Part shown: in pieces, positions 15,881 to 29,152 of the stretch | Layout of the letters: the number at the start of each line of letters is the position of its first letter | Position numbering within the stretch: the first letter of the stretch is position 1 | Assembly: GCF_006345805.1 (NCBI RefSeq) | Contig: NC_043021.1 | Span: 23,870,001-23,934,000 of the forward strand | Origin: Octopus sinensis | Taxonomy: Eukaryota | Direction of reading: 5' to 3' | DNA length: 64,000 nucleotides | The notes under the pieces: model-generated | The model's database searches: none | The model's input: the letters and a program-made list of their open reading frames with translations, nothing else | What the model was told of the DNA's origin: nothing | Position numbers and translations under genes: made by a program

Positions 15881-15969
15881 GTGCAGCTGAGGATTGTTCT
15901 GCATTTTAAATTGATGTAATCATTGCATTGTTCAATTGAATGGAGTTGCATGAAACGATCGTACTGCAT
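15881..15969 (+). ncRNA. Type-I hammerhead ribozyme
   Basis: GTGCAG | CTGAGGA | long degenerate stem II | GAAA | C-GATC-G | TA | CTGCAT. Stem I is 6 bp with one G.U, core boxes intact, palindromic stem III ACGATCGT. Confidence 0.8.
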
Positions 15970-16007
15970 TACCTCTGGATATCCTTGTTGCTTGTTTTGA
16001 TTATATA

Positions 16008-16075
<68 letters not shown>

Positions 16076-16389
16076 GCATGTATGAATCTATGTAGAGACA
16101 AACATACACACATATATATAACAAACACTGAGAATGAGCGCTACATGGCATTTCGTGGATGTATATCAATTCTATTCCGCAATTATTCAAACATCCTACG
16201 CTAGGATGTTGGTAATAATCCTCCATTTTGTATAAGATTAGTGGTATACAGCTTCCAGTATAGTGGTATAGTTAACCACTATACTGGAAGCTGACTGAAT
16301 AATGTTAATCTACAAGGAGCTTTAACTCTTACAAACGTAGTCGTAGATCTAAACTGTACGTACAAGTCAAATGTATATATATATATATG

Positions 16390-16595
16390 AAAAGATAAGT
16401 CAAAATAGAAAATGCTAAAATAATTTTATAAAGAACATTTCAGTACACCGGTTTCAGTCATTTTGAGACCTTTTCAACTGTAACGATTAAATAATTAAAT
16501 TTAGAAAAATTAAAAAGGTCTCAAAATGACTGAAATCAGTACTGAAATGTTCTTTATAAAATTATTTTAGCATTTTCTATTTTGACTTATTTTTT
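16390..16595. repeat. Fold-back repeat with hammerhead-derived arms
   Basis: About 16390-16474 is the reverse complement of about 16513-16595; flanked by (TA)n. Confidence 0.8.
16441..16480 (-). ncRNA. Type-I hammerhead, U3-A8 variant
   Basis: CAG | TTGAAAA | GGTC-TCAAAAT-GACT | GAAA | CCGG | TG(ins) TA | CTG. A degenerate plus-strand partner lies at 16510-16544. Confidence 0.6.
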
Positions 16596-16654
16596 CATAT
16601 ATATCAACTCGTATGTTCCTTTTCATCCTTATACGTATATATATATATATATAA

Positions 16655-17412
16655 TAACTTAGATAAACTTAGATATGTTTCGACTAAAGATTGGTCCAGG
16701 TCATGTCTAACTTAATAGCACCACCTGATAGGATTATTCGAATCCTGTTTAAGCCAAGTTTTGTTTAAATCAAGTTTTGTTCAAGTAGTGAGTTCTTGTT
16801 GGGTGAGTTGTATCCAATTATGGGTGGCTTATCTGGTATTCTTTGAAGGAATCTATCCAGACTCTGTTTAAAGTTGATGGGATCCTTTTCCTCTTTGATC
16901 TCCCTCGGGACAATGTTAAATAGGGCAGAGCCTGTTGAGGAAAAGAAATTATGTTGCAGTGTACATGTATGTTGTGATCTTGAATTGGGCAGGGGACGTA
17001 TAGCCCGTGGTCCAAGTCTTGGATGAACCTTGAAGCTAATGTTTAGGTCGTTTGGGCAAAGTTGGCGGTATATTTTCCACATCGTACAAATGATGTACCG
17101 CTCACGGCGACGCTGGAGGGAGTAAAGTTTCAAGGCTTAAGGCGATCCCAATAATCAAGAGCAGCCATGCCTTCAATTGTTTAGTGAGTGCCCTCTGGGG
17201 TGACTCAATTCTGGAGATGTTTTGTCTTGTGTGAGGAGACCACAGTGGGCAGCAGTATACAAGGTGTGGCCGTACAAAGGAGGAAAAAAGTGGTATGATG
17301 ACACCTTGTTCTCTGGACCGGAAAGTTCTTAAGATCCAGGAACTCATCCTACGAGCTATATCGACCTTCTTGTTGATGTGTGCACTCCAACTGAGATCGT
17401 CATCAACAAATA
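16655..17412 (-). mobile_element. CR1-like LINE 3' fragment
   Basis: DDDLSWSAHINKKV..ARRMSSWILRTF, FVRPHLVYCCPLWSP, RIESPQR, SLQRRRER, ALFNIVP..K..FKQSLDRFL: post-RT region typical of the CR1 group. 3'UTR ends ...GTCGAAAC plus an ATCTAAGTT tandem tail. Confidence 0.85.
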
Positions 17413-17789
17413 TATATATATATGTACATCTATAGGCAGGGCTTCGTCACATTTTCCGTTGAAATTTCGTTGACATAGCATTGCTCAATTCGATAATATC
17501 TATATGACTGATTTAATATAGTGTCAGACGCTAGGTTCCAACTGGTGACATGTGCTACACTGGGTAACCACAGCAATTAGTAAAAGACAATAGCAATAAA
17601 TATAAGTATATCGTCTTAAGTAATGACTGTATTTTGTTTAGTAATAAAAACCATTAGCTTAAAGATGTCTAGATGTTTGGCATAACGCATTTGATTTACG
17701 ATGGCATGTGGATTTATGAATATATCTTGCGCAATATGGTAGCTGTAAACGCATTTATGTGAATGTATGTTAAATAAATGAACATATGT

Positions 17790-18205
17790 GTTGTAAATAA
17801 ATAAATATGTGTTCTTATGCATGTATGTATGTTATTATTCAGTTCAGTTTCAGGATTTATTGCCAATCGAGAAAGAACCGGTTTCTAACCCAGATCCGAG
17901 GCTCCTTCATTGGAATTTCAACATCAACAGGATATTTTTGTATGTATGTATATGTGCAGAGTTGTGTGTTTTGTTTTATGTATGTTTTCTTATGCTTATA
18001 TTTCCATGTCTAAACATGTTCATATACACTTAAAGTTTTGCAGATTTGTTTGGGTTCCAGTGACGACTTGGATCTGTAGTCTTCGAATCAGTTTTCTCCT
18101 CTCTGGTTTCGAGAAGCCTAATTTCTCAAGATTGTTATTTAGGCAGCTTGTTCTATATCCCAGTGCCCCAATAATTACAGGTATAAACCTGAACTTGTAA
18201 CCTCG
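17790..18205 (-). mobile_element. 3' fragment of an RLE-type (R4-like) LINE
   Basis: Minus strand YKFRFIPVIIGALGYRTSCLNNNLEKLGF...LIRRLQIQVVTGT resembles the IPIIVGALG...IQKIALLGT C-terminus of the element at 21.5-23.6 kb. Confidence 0.6.
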
Positions 18206-18822
18206 ATATCTATTATGTATGTAGGTTTGTGCATAAGGATATATGTTGTATATATGTTCTTTTCGCCTTCGTATTCTTCCTATAAGGAACGAGCTGGTTT
18301 CTTACAAAGAAACAAAACTCCATTACTGTAATTTGGATACAGACAACAATAAATGTTATATGTTGAAAAGTCTTATAATTGTACTGTTCCGCAAACAGAT
18401 TGTATTGGTGAAGTAGGTGTTAGCTGGTCACTTTCTTCACCTGAAAAGCTTAGCTTTTTCTTTGGATCTCTTAAACATTTTCTAACATAGCCAAATTAGA
18501 AAATGTATATCCAAGTACTCCAAGAATTATTGGTGGAAATATGAATTCATAGTGAGTGAGACAGAAGTACTTAATAAGTTTTGCAGGAATGTCCCCATCC
18601 CACGGGTACCTGGTCTATTTGATTGTACACGACTCTCCTGTCTATCACAAACTATCGCATCAAGCCTGTTGCGTTTGCGATTGGCAGAATTTTTGAAGGG
18701 AATATTGTGATAAAGATATTCCTTTTGTTTATGCGCATGCGTCCAATTTGTCTTTGTTTACCAGTGTTCACTATAGATAAACATTGTTTTAGCAATCACA
18801 TGTGACAATGAGAGACAGTACT

Positions 18823-19227
18823 CTCTCTTTTTACTCTTTTACTTGTTTCAGTCATTTGACTGTCGCCATGCTGGAGCACCGCCTTTAGTCGAGCAAATCG
18901 ACCCCAGGACTTATTCGTTGTAAGCCTAGTACTTATTCTATCGGTCTCTTTTGCCGAACCTCTAAGTTACGGGGATGTAAACACACCGGCATCGGTTGTC
19001 AAGCGATGTTGGGAGGACAAAAGCAGACACACAAACACACACATATATATATATATATGCATATATACGACGGGCTTCTTTCAGTTTCCGTCTACCAAAT
19101 CCACTCACAAGGCTTTGGTCAGCTCGAGGCTATAGTAGAAGACACTTGCCCAAGGTGCCACGCAGTGGGACTGAACCCGGAACCATGTGGTTGGTAAGCA
19201 AGCTACTTACCACACAGCCACTCCTAC
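18823..19227 (-). mobile_element. SINE family A
   Basis: Same head, body and tail. Confidence 0.9.
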
Positions 19228-19629
19228 CTTAATATTAAGTACCTTAATATAATTTTTGGATAGCTGCTGAAAATATGTTTAATCCCCCTACCTAAATATA
19301 ACATAATCGACATTTTTGGTTACATCTTGTGGGCTTAAGTGTTTCACTGCCTCTTTTGTTCGTTCGATGTTTCGTACTTATCTTCTGCAAACGCATAACA
19401 TACTATTACGACGTAACTTAATGGCCATGAGCCAAAAAGAAGTTTTATTTATTTAACGTCATTATAATCTTCAAGATTACAGAGTGTTTTTGTTCTAGAT
19501 TTTTGGTGAGGGTTCCTAGTCTTGCAATTTTGAGTTCACATGGGAGATCATCAGGAATTAAAGACCTCTTGAGGCGGATGTCATTCTGTTTACTTTTGAA
19601 CACTTAGTTAATACATTTATTTTCGTAAT

Positions 19630-19804
19630 AGGCGCAGGAGTGGCTGTGTGGTAAGTAGCTTGCTAACCAACCACATTGTTCCGGGTTCAGTCCCACTGCG
19701 TGGCATCTTGGGCTAGTGTCTTCTGCTATAGCCCCGGGCCGACCAATGCCTTGTGAGTGGATTTGGTAGACGGAAACTGAAAGAAGCATGTCGTATATAT
19801 GTAT

Positions 19805-19887
<83 letters not shown>

Positions 19888-20114
19888 CGTGTGTTTGTGT
19901 GTCTGTGTTTGTCCCCCTAGCATTGCTTGACAACCGATGCTGGTGCGTTTACGTCCCCGTCACTTAGCGGTTCGGCAAAAAAGACCGATAGAATAAGTAC
20001 TGGGCTTACAAAGAATAAGTCTCGGGATCGATTTGCTCGACTCAAGGCGGTGCTCCAGCATGGCCGCAGTCAAATGACTGAAACAAGTAAATGAGTAAAA
20101 GAGTAAAAGAGTAA
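19630..20114 (+). mobile_element. SINE family A, full length
   Basis: GGCGCAGGAGTGGCTGTGTGG A-box head, GGTTCAGTCCC B-box, tail ending GAGTAAAAGAGTAAAAGAGTAA. Confidence 0.92.
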
Positions 20115-21464
20115 TTGTTTTACAGATACTGAATGTTGGCAATGCATAACACTCAAATATTTTGGACTGATCCACTAATTTTGCACGAGAACCTTCAAAG
20201 ATAAAGCTTGCCAATATCATTGTTTTCGCGGATATTGTGGGTTTTAATGCTTTACAGACCAGTTAAATTTCTTAAATGTTGGTATCAGTGCTGGAACTAC
20301 AAATGCATTGTGGGATATTGTGTTCCTTTAGAAGAAAGATCCAGTCGCCACGTATCTTATTCCGGTATAATATTCATTGTTAACTCTATATATTTTCATC
20401 AATATCTATGAATTTTTTGGACTCATTGCCGGAATCAAAGAGATCGAGATACTTTAATGCGATGACTTGGGATTTGAAAAATAGTGTCTCCGCCTCCGAC
20501 TGTCAAATTTGAACATCTTTTGGCCAAATTTCATTAGCAAAATATATTGTTATAAATTATATTGGCAAAATATATTGTTACAGAATCTAGAATCCAGAAT
20601 CCATCTGTTTCTCAGCAATGTAAGTACTTCAAGCATAGATCTTTAGACCGTCCACAAAGAAACTGCCTGTTACATTAGTAACCTAATTATGATTATGAAT
20701 TTTCGTAACACGTATTGCAGTGGATTTAGTGCCAAAATAAACAGAAATACAAACGTGCAGCCTCCTTGGAATATTCCATCTGAAATACTTATAGCATCAG
20801 AGACGATCGTTCTGCTTTCAGAGGATTGCGATCAGGTCTTTGCTAGCCTTTTACTAGTAGTAGCTAACGCAGCAACTGTAACACCTTTGACAACCTGGGG
20901 TGGAGAATAGAATCGAATAATTTTCGGTAATCAAACCATAATGTCATAAATTTTCAGCGGTGTTTCCTCATTACGGCCTTATTTATTTAAAAATTGTTTA
21001 AGACATTCTCACACTTCCTTCTTTCCACCTGTCAGCTCAGCATTCATTCTATTATTAGGCTCTATTATTAGAATCATGGAGAAATTGGTTGCGATAGTTT
21101 GTGGTTGAGGTTGTACAGACCAGCAATGAGCATATAATCTTCTGCCATATTAATATTTTCATTCGTGGCAACAAGCTTTGTACGTGCTCTGCCAAACCAA
21201 TTTGGTTAGTCAGTTAAGCGATCCTTAGTTCTGTATACCAGTTTCCAATTTTCAACTACTTCTGAGCGTGATCAGAGATCCTCAGTCACTAAAAAACATG
21301 CTCAACTGCTCAAGGTCAAGCGACCGACAAGCAAATCTGTGGCTTTGAGCAGAATATTTGCTGTAGCCCATCTTTTATATCAAGACAAAACAATGTACAT
21401 AACGCTTCCAATCAGTTAAGGTCAGAAGCCACGAGAGCCACTGCCTGGTACTGCATCAGGACAT

Positions 21465-21478
21465 ATTATTATTATTGC

Positions 21479-21527
<49 letters not shown>
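21465..21527. repeat. (ATT)n microsatellite
   Basis: Direct reading; forms the 3' flank of the R4-like element. Confidence 0.97.
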
Positions 21528-21530
<3 letters not shown>

Positions 21531-23577
21531 TAATTTTATTTTTATAGTGCGCTTTCACTTCACTACCGAGCGCAGCTCTGTGTGCCTTGGGTATGTGCTG
21601 TGATTTGTTGTGATGCTCTGATGGTTATTGTATGGAAAGTGTTCTGCGTAGGATGTGTGCAGTGCCTAGTAATGCAATTTTCTGTATGTTATATGTGTTT
21701 GTAAGTCCTGGTGTTTTTGTTATGTATTTGTCTGAATATCTTTTTATCATGCCTAATGCACCTACTATGATAGGAATTGTTTCTGTTTTTACATTCCACA
21801 TTCTGATTACCTCTATTTCCAGGTCTTTGTATTTTGAAAGTTTCTCCATTTCTTTTAGAGACACGTTGTCATCTGCTGGTATTGATACATCAATTAGAAA
21901 GCATTTTTTTCTTCGTGATCTCTGACAACTATATCTGGTCTGTTGGCCTTAATTTCTCTATCTGTGTATCGGCATATCCCAGAGTATGGTTGCTTTCTCG
22001 TTTTCTGTAACCTTTTCTGGTGTGTGCCTATACCATCTTTTTTCTGTTGTTATTCCATAATGTTGGCATAGCTTCCAGTGTATGTAGGTTCCAACTTTGT
22101 CATGTCTGTGAATATATTCCTTCTTAGCCAGGACTGGGCAGCCAGAGATAATATGATTTATTGTTTCTTGTCCATCTCCACATATTCTGCAGTTACTTGT
22201 TATATTTCTTTTCATTACATGTTTTTGGTAATTTCTGGTGGGGAGGCTTTGGTCTTGTGCTGCAATTAAAAATCCCTCTGTCTCTGCTTTGAGTCCTGAG
22301 CTTCTCAACCATTGCTGGGATGTTTCTTTGTCTATTTCTTTTGCATTTAGTTTAGTCCAGTATTTACCATGAAGGGGCTTTTCTAGTTTTAGTTTGGATT
22401 TCATTCGTTTTATAGCTTTTGTTGTTTCTTCTTCTTCTTCTTCTTCTTCTTCTTCTTCTTCTTCTTCTTCTTCTTCTTCTTCTTCTTCTTCTTCTTCTTC
22501 TTCTTCTTCTTCTTCTTCTTCTTCTTCATATTTGTTAGGTGGTATGATTTCTTGTTTGTATTTGTCAGCTTCCTTAAATACTGAGAACAGTTTTTTATTT
22601 TGCTCGTGTTTTGCCGCTATTTGTATCAGTTTTCCTTCCTTCTGAAGTAGATATTTGCAGTCTATGGTGTTTTTTATAGTAGTTTTCCAGCCGTATAAGG
22701 CCTCTACCACCTTCTATACGTTGTATATATAGTCTTCTATGTCAGATTTTGGTGATGCATCCTAGATCCTGTCATTATTTTTCTTGTTTTCCTATCTATT
22801 TTAATCAGTTCATTTAGTGTCCAGTTAAGGATATTGTAGCAGTAACTTATAACTGGAACAGCTAAAGTGTTAATACCTATTATCTTGTTTTTAGCATTGA
22901 GCTCTGTTTTTAGAATTGATCTAACTCGTCTATAATATTCTTTTATTATTTTCTCTTTCATTTGTGTGTTGTGTCTTATCTAGTTCATGGATTCCTAAGT
23001 ATTTGTATGTTTGGCTTTGGTCTAATTCTTTTATTTCATTGATTTTATCTAGAGTGATGTTGCTACTCTTAACTAGTTTTCCTCTTTTCATGGTTACTTT
23101 AGCGCATTTTTCTCATCCAAATTTCAGATCTATTTCTTTGGTAAATCCATGAACTGTCTTTAATAGTGTTTCCAGCTGTTTGTCATTTGCAGCGTATAGT
23201 TTTAGGTCATCCATATATAAAAGGTGGCTGATCGTTTTGCCGTAAGATTTATATCCGCATCCAGTTCTATTTAGCATATCAGATAGAGGTGACAGTGCCA
23301 AGCAGAAAAGGAGTGGAGAGAGCGTGTCTCCCTGGAATATTCCTCTTCTAATGGGGATGGCTTTGGTTTTCATGAGTCCCTCTTTTGTTTCGAGCTGTAG
23401 CACTGTTTGCCATTTATTCATAGAGTGCCCTATGAATTTTATGATTGTTGGTGCTACTTTGTTAATGGCTAGTGTTTCAAGGATCCATGTATGGGGGATG
23501 CTATCAAACGCCTTTTTGTAGTCGATCCAGGTCATACTAAGGCCTTTCTTCTTTCTGAGGCTGTCTTCAGTTATGGC
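21528..23577 (-). mobile_element. R4/Dong-like non-LTR retrotransposon (RT + CCHC + restriction-like endonuclease), 5'-truncated
   Basis: WIDYKKAFDSIP, RGIFQGDTLSPLLF, HLLYMDDLKLY; CRICG..ETINHIISGC; RHDKV; NRPDIVV..LIDVSIP (PD..D); EKLSKYKDL; IVGALG. Frameshifts and stops present. Confidence 0.92.
22426..22527 (-). repeat. (GAA)34 in frame within the R4-like ORF (poly-Glu)
   Basis: 102 nt of TTC repeats on the plus strand. Confidence 0.95.
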
Positions 23578-23621
23578 TTATAATAATAATAATAATTATT
23601 ATTATTATTATTATTATTATT

Positions 23622-23805
23622 CTATGTTTGACTTTTGCTTTACATTTGTACAAGTTGGCTCCAAGTCTCACCCAGAGACCTCAAGAGACAACAAATTGGA
23701 AGTTCAGGTTGGTGTCATGCCTAGGGTGCCATATATTTGGTTTTGTACTTAGTGTTGTACTAGTGAATGTCTAAGAAACCATAGGAAAATTATGTTTGTT
23801 TTAAA
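23622..23805 (-). mobile_element. Probable 3'UTR fragment of another LINE between (ATT)n arrays
   Basis: Non-repetitive 180-nt island bounded on both sides by TAA/ATT repeats; family assignment is not supported by any coding motif. Confidence 0.35.
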
Positions 23806-23807
23806 AC

Positions 23808-23902
<95 letters not shown>

Positions 23903-23922
23903 TGGAGGAGGAGGAGGAGGAC
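23806..23922. repeat. (ATT)n(AGT)n(GGA)n compound microsatellite
   Basis: Direct reading. Confidence 0.95.
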
Positions 23923-26884
23923 TAATAGCAGTATTTGGCCATGCGTAGTAACAGTAGGGAATCATAAAGAAGTGATTGATGGGACGCTGCATCCATCATT
24001 TGTTTGTGATTTCCTACTCCTAGTGGATGATACCTATTCACAATTCGGGCGACAACTCTCCAACCGATGGGTTTGTTTCGGTAGTCGTAGCTGATGAGAG
24101 TTTTACGTGTTCCCAGTGCAAATCCTAACCTCAATCTCTTTTAGTCGCCTTTTGCGGCATGCAGAGAAAACTTTCGGTCTGTTCTGTGACATAAAAGTCC
24201 CCACACAGTACTAGAGTAACGTAAAATGAAGTGTTTTGCTCAAGAACGCAACACGCCACCTGTTCCAAAAATCGAACCCACGATCGCCAGATCTTGAGTG
24301 CAACACTCAAACCACTAGGCCACGCGCCTTTACTATCATCTCATATCTTCCTGAGATGATGTATATACAGCTAGTGGATTAGAAACTTGTGGTTATTATT
24401 CGCTGGCTCAAGTAATTTTCCTCAATAACGGAATTTTTCCATTGAGCCCTTTGAATTCATGCTATGAAATAATTAATTTACTTCAAGATTTTAGAGAATT
24501 TCCATCTATTTTTGTTAATGTTTCCATGGCACGAAGCTGGTGTGCTGTGAAATTATTTTTCACATTACCCCTTAGGACGATATTTAAATGTCCGATTGTA
24601 CAGTTCAGAGAATTTATGCTTACTTTTAGTGTCATTATCCTTCTGTATAATCTTATGGCTTAGCACTTCATTACTACGTGCTCCGCAAATATCTTCCTGT
24701 TCTTCCTTCATTGTGACAAGAGCTGTATATAAGGAGGTATTAAGAGACCAATATACGTTATCATATTTTAAATACAATCTCTTGAGATATTGTCTATAAT
24801 ATTTAACATGAAGTAGGTTGTTTTTCTTTCCTACTCTCATAAAAAGACATGTTATTTAACAACGCGATGTAAAAATTTAAACAAATTGCTCTCAAAATGT
24901 CATTTTAAAACTTTTTAATGTGGTGTACATTCTACGTAGAGCGCTGTCGGATACTTTTATACAAATATGTACAGAGTTGTGTAACGGTGGGGTGCCCATG
25001 TCGGCATGTTTGAATCTTTATCAGTCTCTATGGCAGATTTTATTTGGTTTTGAATATCTTCAGAAAGTCGACTAGCATCACAAGAATTATCGAAGTCATT
25101 GATGTCAGTAACAGTCATTTCTCAAGCAAAGAAAGATGTATGTTGTCGTAGCTACTTGGGCGTGAATCGGCTTAATTTTGGGCGTGCTTAGATAGAGCAA
25201 TTTCTAAACTGATTCATATCGCGAACAGAAGGATCTCCACAGGCATTTTCTTTGTACAGGAATCCATCTTGATTTAAATTCAAATATAAAGTTAAGTGAG
25301 ATGAATACTTACGTCGTCTAAGAGAGCTCAAATATGTGGTATGGATATTAGTGTCATCGTTATTAATGCCGCCATAATCATATAAGCAAAATATCACGAC
25401 GTGAAGAGTGTCGTTTCACAATCCGGTCAGTGGATAATAAATTGGTGAGTAAAAGTTTTCTTATTTGTAACAGAAGAAAATGTTACAGGTTTACTGATAA
25501 GAGTTTGGATAGTTGGCATAATTGTATAAGACGGTCTATGTAAGCAAGTTTGTGGCTGGCAGAGAGGAACGTTCCTTGCCATCTTGTAAGTATACGTGTA
25601 TGTGCGTACGCTTGCGTACATGTTTGCTTATGACTGTATCTAATGATTTTCTTTAAATTTCATTTGCTAATAAATTTCATTATTGTTTTGGAAGTATTCA
25701 AGATAAATTTCATAACAATTTTTGAATAGCAATTTTATTGTATATTGAGTATTCAAAAAAAATTAAGAACATATAGAAATATTCCTACAAATTAATATGG
25801 AATTAAACGTTCTTCAAATTTCTTTTAAGTTATCAAACATTTTGGACAAAATAAGCAACGTCAATATTGTCCCATTCACGTATTACCACTTGATCAGAGT
25901 TTTGTCCCCAGGCACGACAAATTATTTTCTGTCTTCGTTTATTTAGAGGTGATGGAGACAAGGGTAAATTAACTGATGATTATTTACAGTCGGCTTGAGG
26001 AAATTCGATGTTCCACTGGTCTTAGCTCCCAGAAACCTGAGATGACCGAAGAAGGAATTAGTTAAATATCAGATACGTCATCAACATAATCAATAAACTT
26101 TATAGCTGCCGCAGAAATAGGACGTATTGTCCTGAAGAATAAGTCGAGTTTCAGTTGTTTGTCTTTTTGCTACAGTTTCCAGATAATGAATTCCTTTAAC
26201 TGTCGAATTATCTTTTTGTTTTGGTCTCTGGACTGCGGCCATGCTGGGGCACAATGTACAGAATTTTAATCGAACAAATCACCCCCAACTCTTACATTTA
26301 TCTTTTAGGCGTCTTACATATTCTACAGATTGTCTTTTACTGAAAGGCTTGGTTACGGGGATGTAAACAAACCAATACCGATTGGTAAGCATAAAAAAAG
26401 ATACACACACTGAGAGACAAGCGTAAGCACGCGCGCTCACACACACTCACATACACATGTATAAACGATGAACTCTTCCATCGAAAACGATGTTTCAGCG
26501 TTCAGCTTTTGCCGAACGACCAGCACCAATGGTTTGATTATAGTGATCAAAATGAACGGGTATGTGCTGTAGCGCTACAGAACTAGTCTCGGGTACTTTT
26601 TCATGTCGCGTATGTGTTGTACATTAGCTCACTCTCTCTCCATCACATCGACGCTGTTTGAACAGATGCACGGTGTACCGTACGTTAAGCGTCGAAGCAA
26701 TCGCTGGGCAATGTGAGATGAAGTGATTTGCTTAAGAACACAACACACTACCCGATCCTGGAACGGAAACCACAATCTTGCGATCGAGAGTGCGACACCC
26801 TAACTACTAGGCATGCACCCTCATAACAAACACGCGTGCGCGCACAGACACATGCGCACGTTTAGAAATTGCTCTATCTAAGCA

Positions 26885-28335
26885 CGGCCCAAAGTAGCAC
26901 CAACAATTATAAAATTCATAGGACACTCTATGAATAAATGGCAAACAGTGCTACACCTCCAAACAAAAGAGGGACTCATGAAAACAAAGACATCCCCATT
27001 AGAAGAGGAATATTCCAGGAGACACGCTTCTCTCCACTCCTTTTCTGCTTGGCACTGTCACCTCTATCTGATATGCTAAATAGAACTGGATGCGGATATA
27101 ATGTTACGGCCAAAACGATCAGCCACCTTTTATATATGGATGACCTAAAACTATACGCTGCAAATGACAAACAGCTGGAAACACTATTAAAGACAGTTCA
27201 TGGATTTACCAAAGAAATAGATCTGAAATTTGGATGAGAAAAATGCGCTAAAGTAACCATGAAAAGAGGAAGACTAGTTAAGAATAGCAACATCACTCTA
27301 GATAAAACCAATGAAATAAAAGAATTAGACCAAATCCAAACATACAAATACTTAGGAATCCATGAACTAGATAAGACACAACACACAAATGAAAGAGAAA
27401 ATAAAAAAAGAATATTATAGACGAGTTAGATCAATTCTAAAAACAGAGCTCAATGCTAAAAACAAGATAATAGGTATTAACACTTTAGCTGTTCCAGTTA
27501 TAAGTTACTGCTACAATATCCTTAACTGGACACTAAATGAACTGATCAAAATAGATAGGAAAACAAGAAAAATAATGACAGGATCTAGGATGCATCACAC
27601 AAAATCTGACATAGAAAGACTATATATACAACGTATAGAAGGTGGTAGAGGCCTTATACGGCTGGAAAACTACTATAAAAAAACACCATAGGACTGCCAA
27701 AATATCTACTTCAGAAGGAAGGAAAACTGATACAAATAGCGGCAAAACACGAGCAAAATAAAAAACTGTTCTCAGTATTTAAGGAAGCTGACAAATACAA
27801 ACAAGAAATCATACCACCTAACAAATATGAAGAAGAAGAAGAAGAAGAAGAAGAAGAAAGAAGAAGAGAAGAGAAGAGAGAAGGAGCGAAGAAGAAGAAG
27901 AAGAAGAGAAGAAGAAGAAGAGAGAAGAAGAAGAAGAAGAAAGAAGAAGAAGAGAGAAGAAACAACAAAAGCTATAAAACGAATGAAATCCAAACTAAAA
28001 CTAGAAAAAGCCTTCATGGTAAATACTGGACTAAACTAAATGCAAAAGAAATAGACAAAGAAACATCAGCAATGGTTGAAGAAGCTCAGGACTCAACGCA
28101 GAGACAGAGGGAATTTTAATTGCAGCACAAGACCAAAGCCTCCCCACCAGAATTACCAAAAAACATGTAATGAAAAGAAATATAACAAGTAACTGCAGAA
28201 TATGTGGAGATGGACAAGAACAATAAATCATATTATCTCTTGCTGCCCGTCCTGGCTAAGAAGAATAATTCACAGACAGAAAGTTGGAACTACATACACT
28301 GGAAGCTATGCCAACATTATGGAATAACAACAGAA
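26885..28335 (+). mobile_element. Second copy of the R4/Dong-like element, internal fragment
   Basis: Nearly the same sequence as 22030-23470 in opposite orientation (RRGIFQ, YMDDLKLY, KEYYRRVRSILK), with many 1-nt indels and a degenerate GAA tract at about 27829-27962; lacks the RLE domain. Confidence 0.92.
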
Positions 28336-28492
28336 TAACAGAATAACAAGCGTGCACGCAGACACGCACACACATGCATGTGTGTATGCATTACAAGAAC
28401 GCAATTGGAATTTAAAGATTCAGAACAATGCTGCTGTTTCAGCAGCATTTTTTAAAACTGATGAATAGTTCGAACATTTCAGCACCCTCTTG

Positions 28493-28608
28493 TACATACA
28501 TACATACATACATACATACGTTTATACATGCATGCATACATACATACATACATACATACATACATACATACATACATACATACACACATACATACATACA
28601 TACATACA

Positions 28609-28642
<34 letters not shown>

Positions 28643-28950
28643 CATACATACATACATGCATACGTTTATACATGCATGCATACATACATACATACATACA
28701 TACATACATACATACATACATACATACATACATACATACACACACACATACATACATACATACATACATATATACATACATACATACATGCATACATACA
28801 TACGTTCATACATACATACATACGTACGTACATACATACATACATACATACATGCATACATACATACATACATATACATACATACATACATACATGCATA
28901 CATACATACGTTCATACATACATACATACGTACGTACATACATACATACA

Positions 28951-28984
<34 letters not shown>

Positions 28985-29152
28985 CATACATACATGCATA
29001 CATACATACGTTCATACATACATACATACGTACGTACATACATACATGGATACATACATACGTACGTACATACATACATATATAAATACATACATACGTT
29101 CATACATACATACATACATACATACATACATACATACATACTCACACACATA
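28493..29152. repeat. (CATA)n microsatellite, about 650 bp
   Basis: Direct reading; interspersed variants CGTT, CGTA and CATG recur. Confidence 0.97.

Noticed and set aside
24380-26200. Coding-like fragments on the minus strand (LNQDG, FWELRP)
   Set aside because: May be a decayed DNA transposon, but no motif set was sufficient to name a family.
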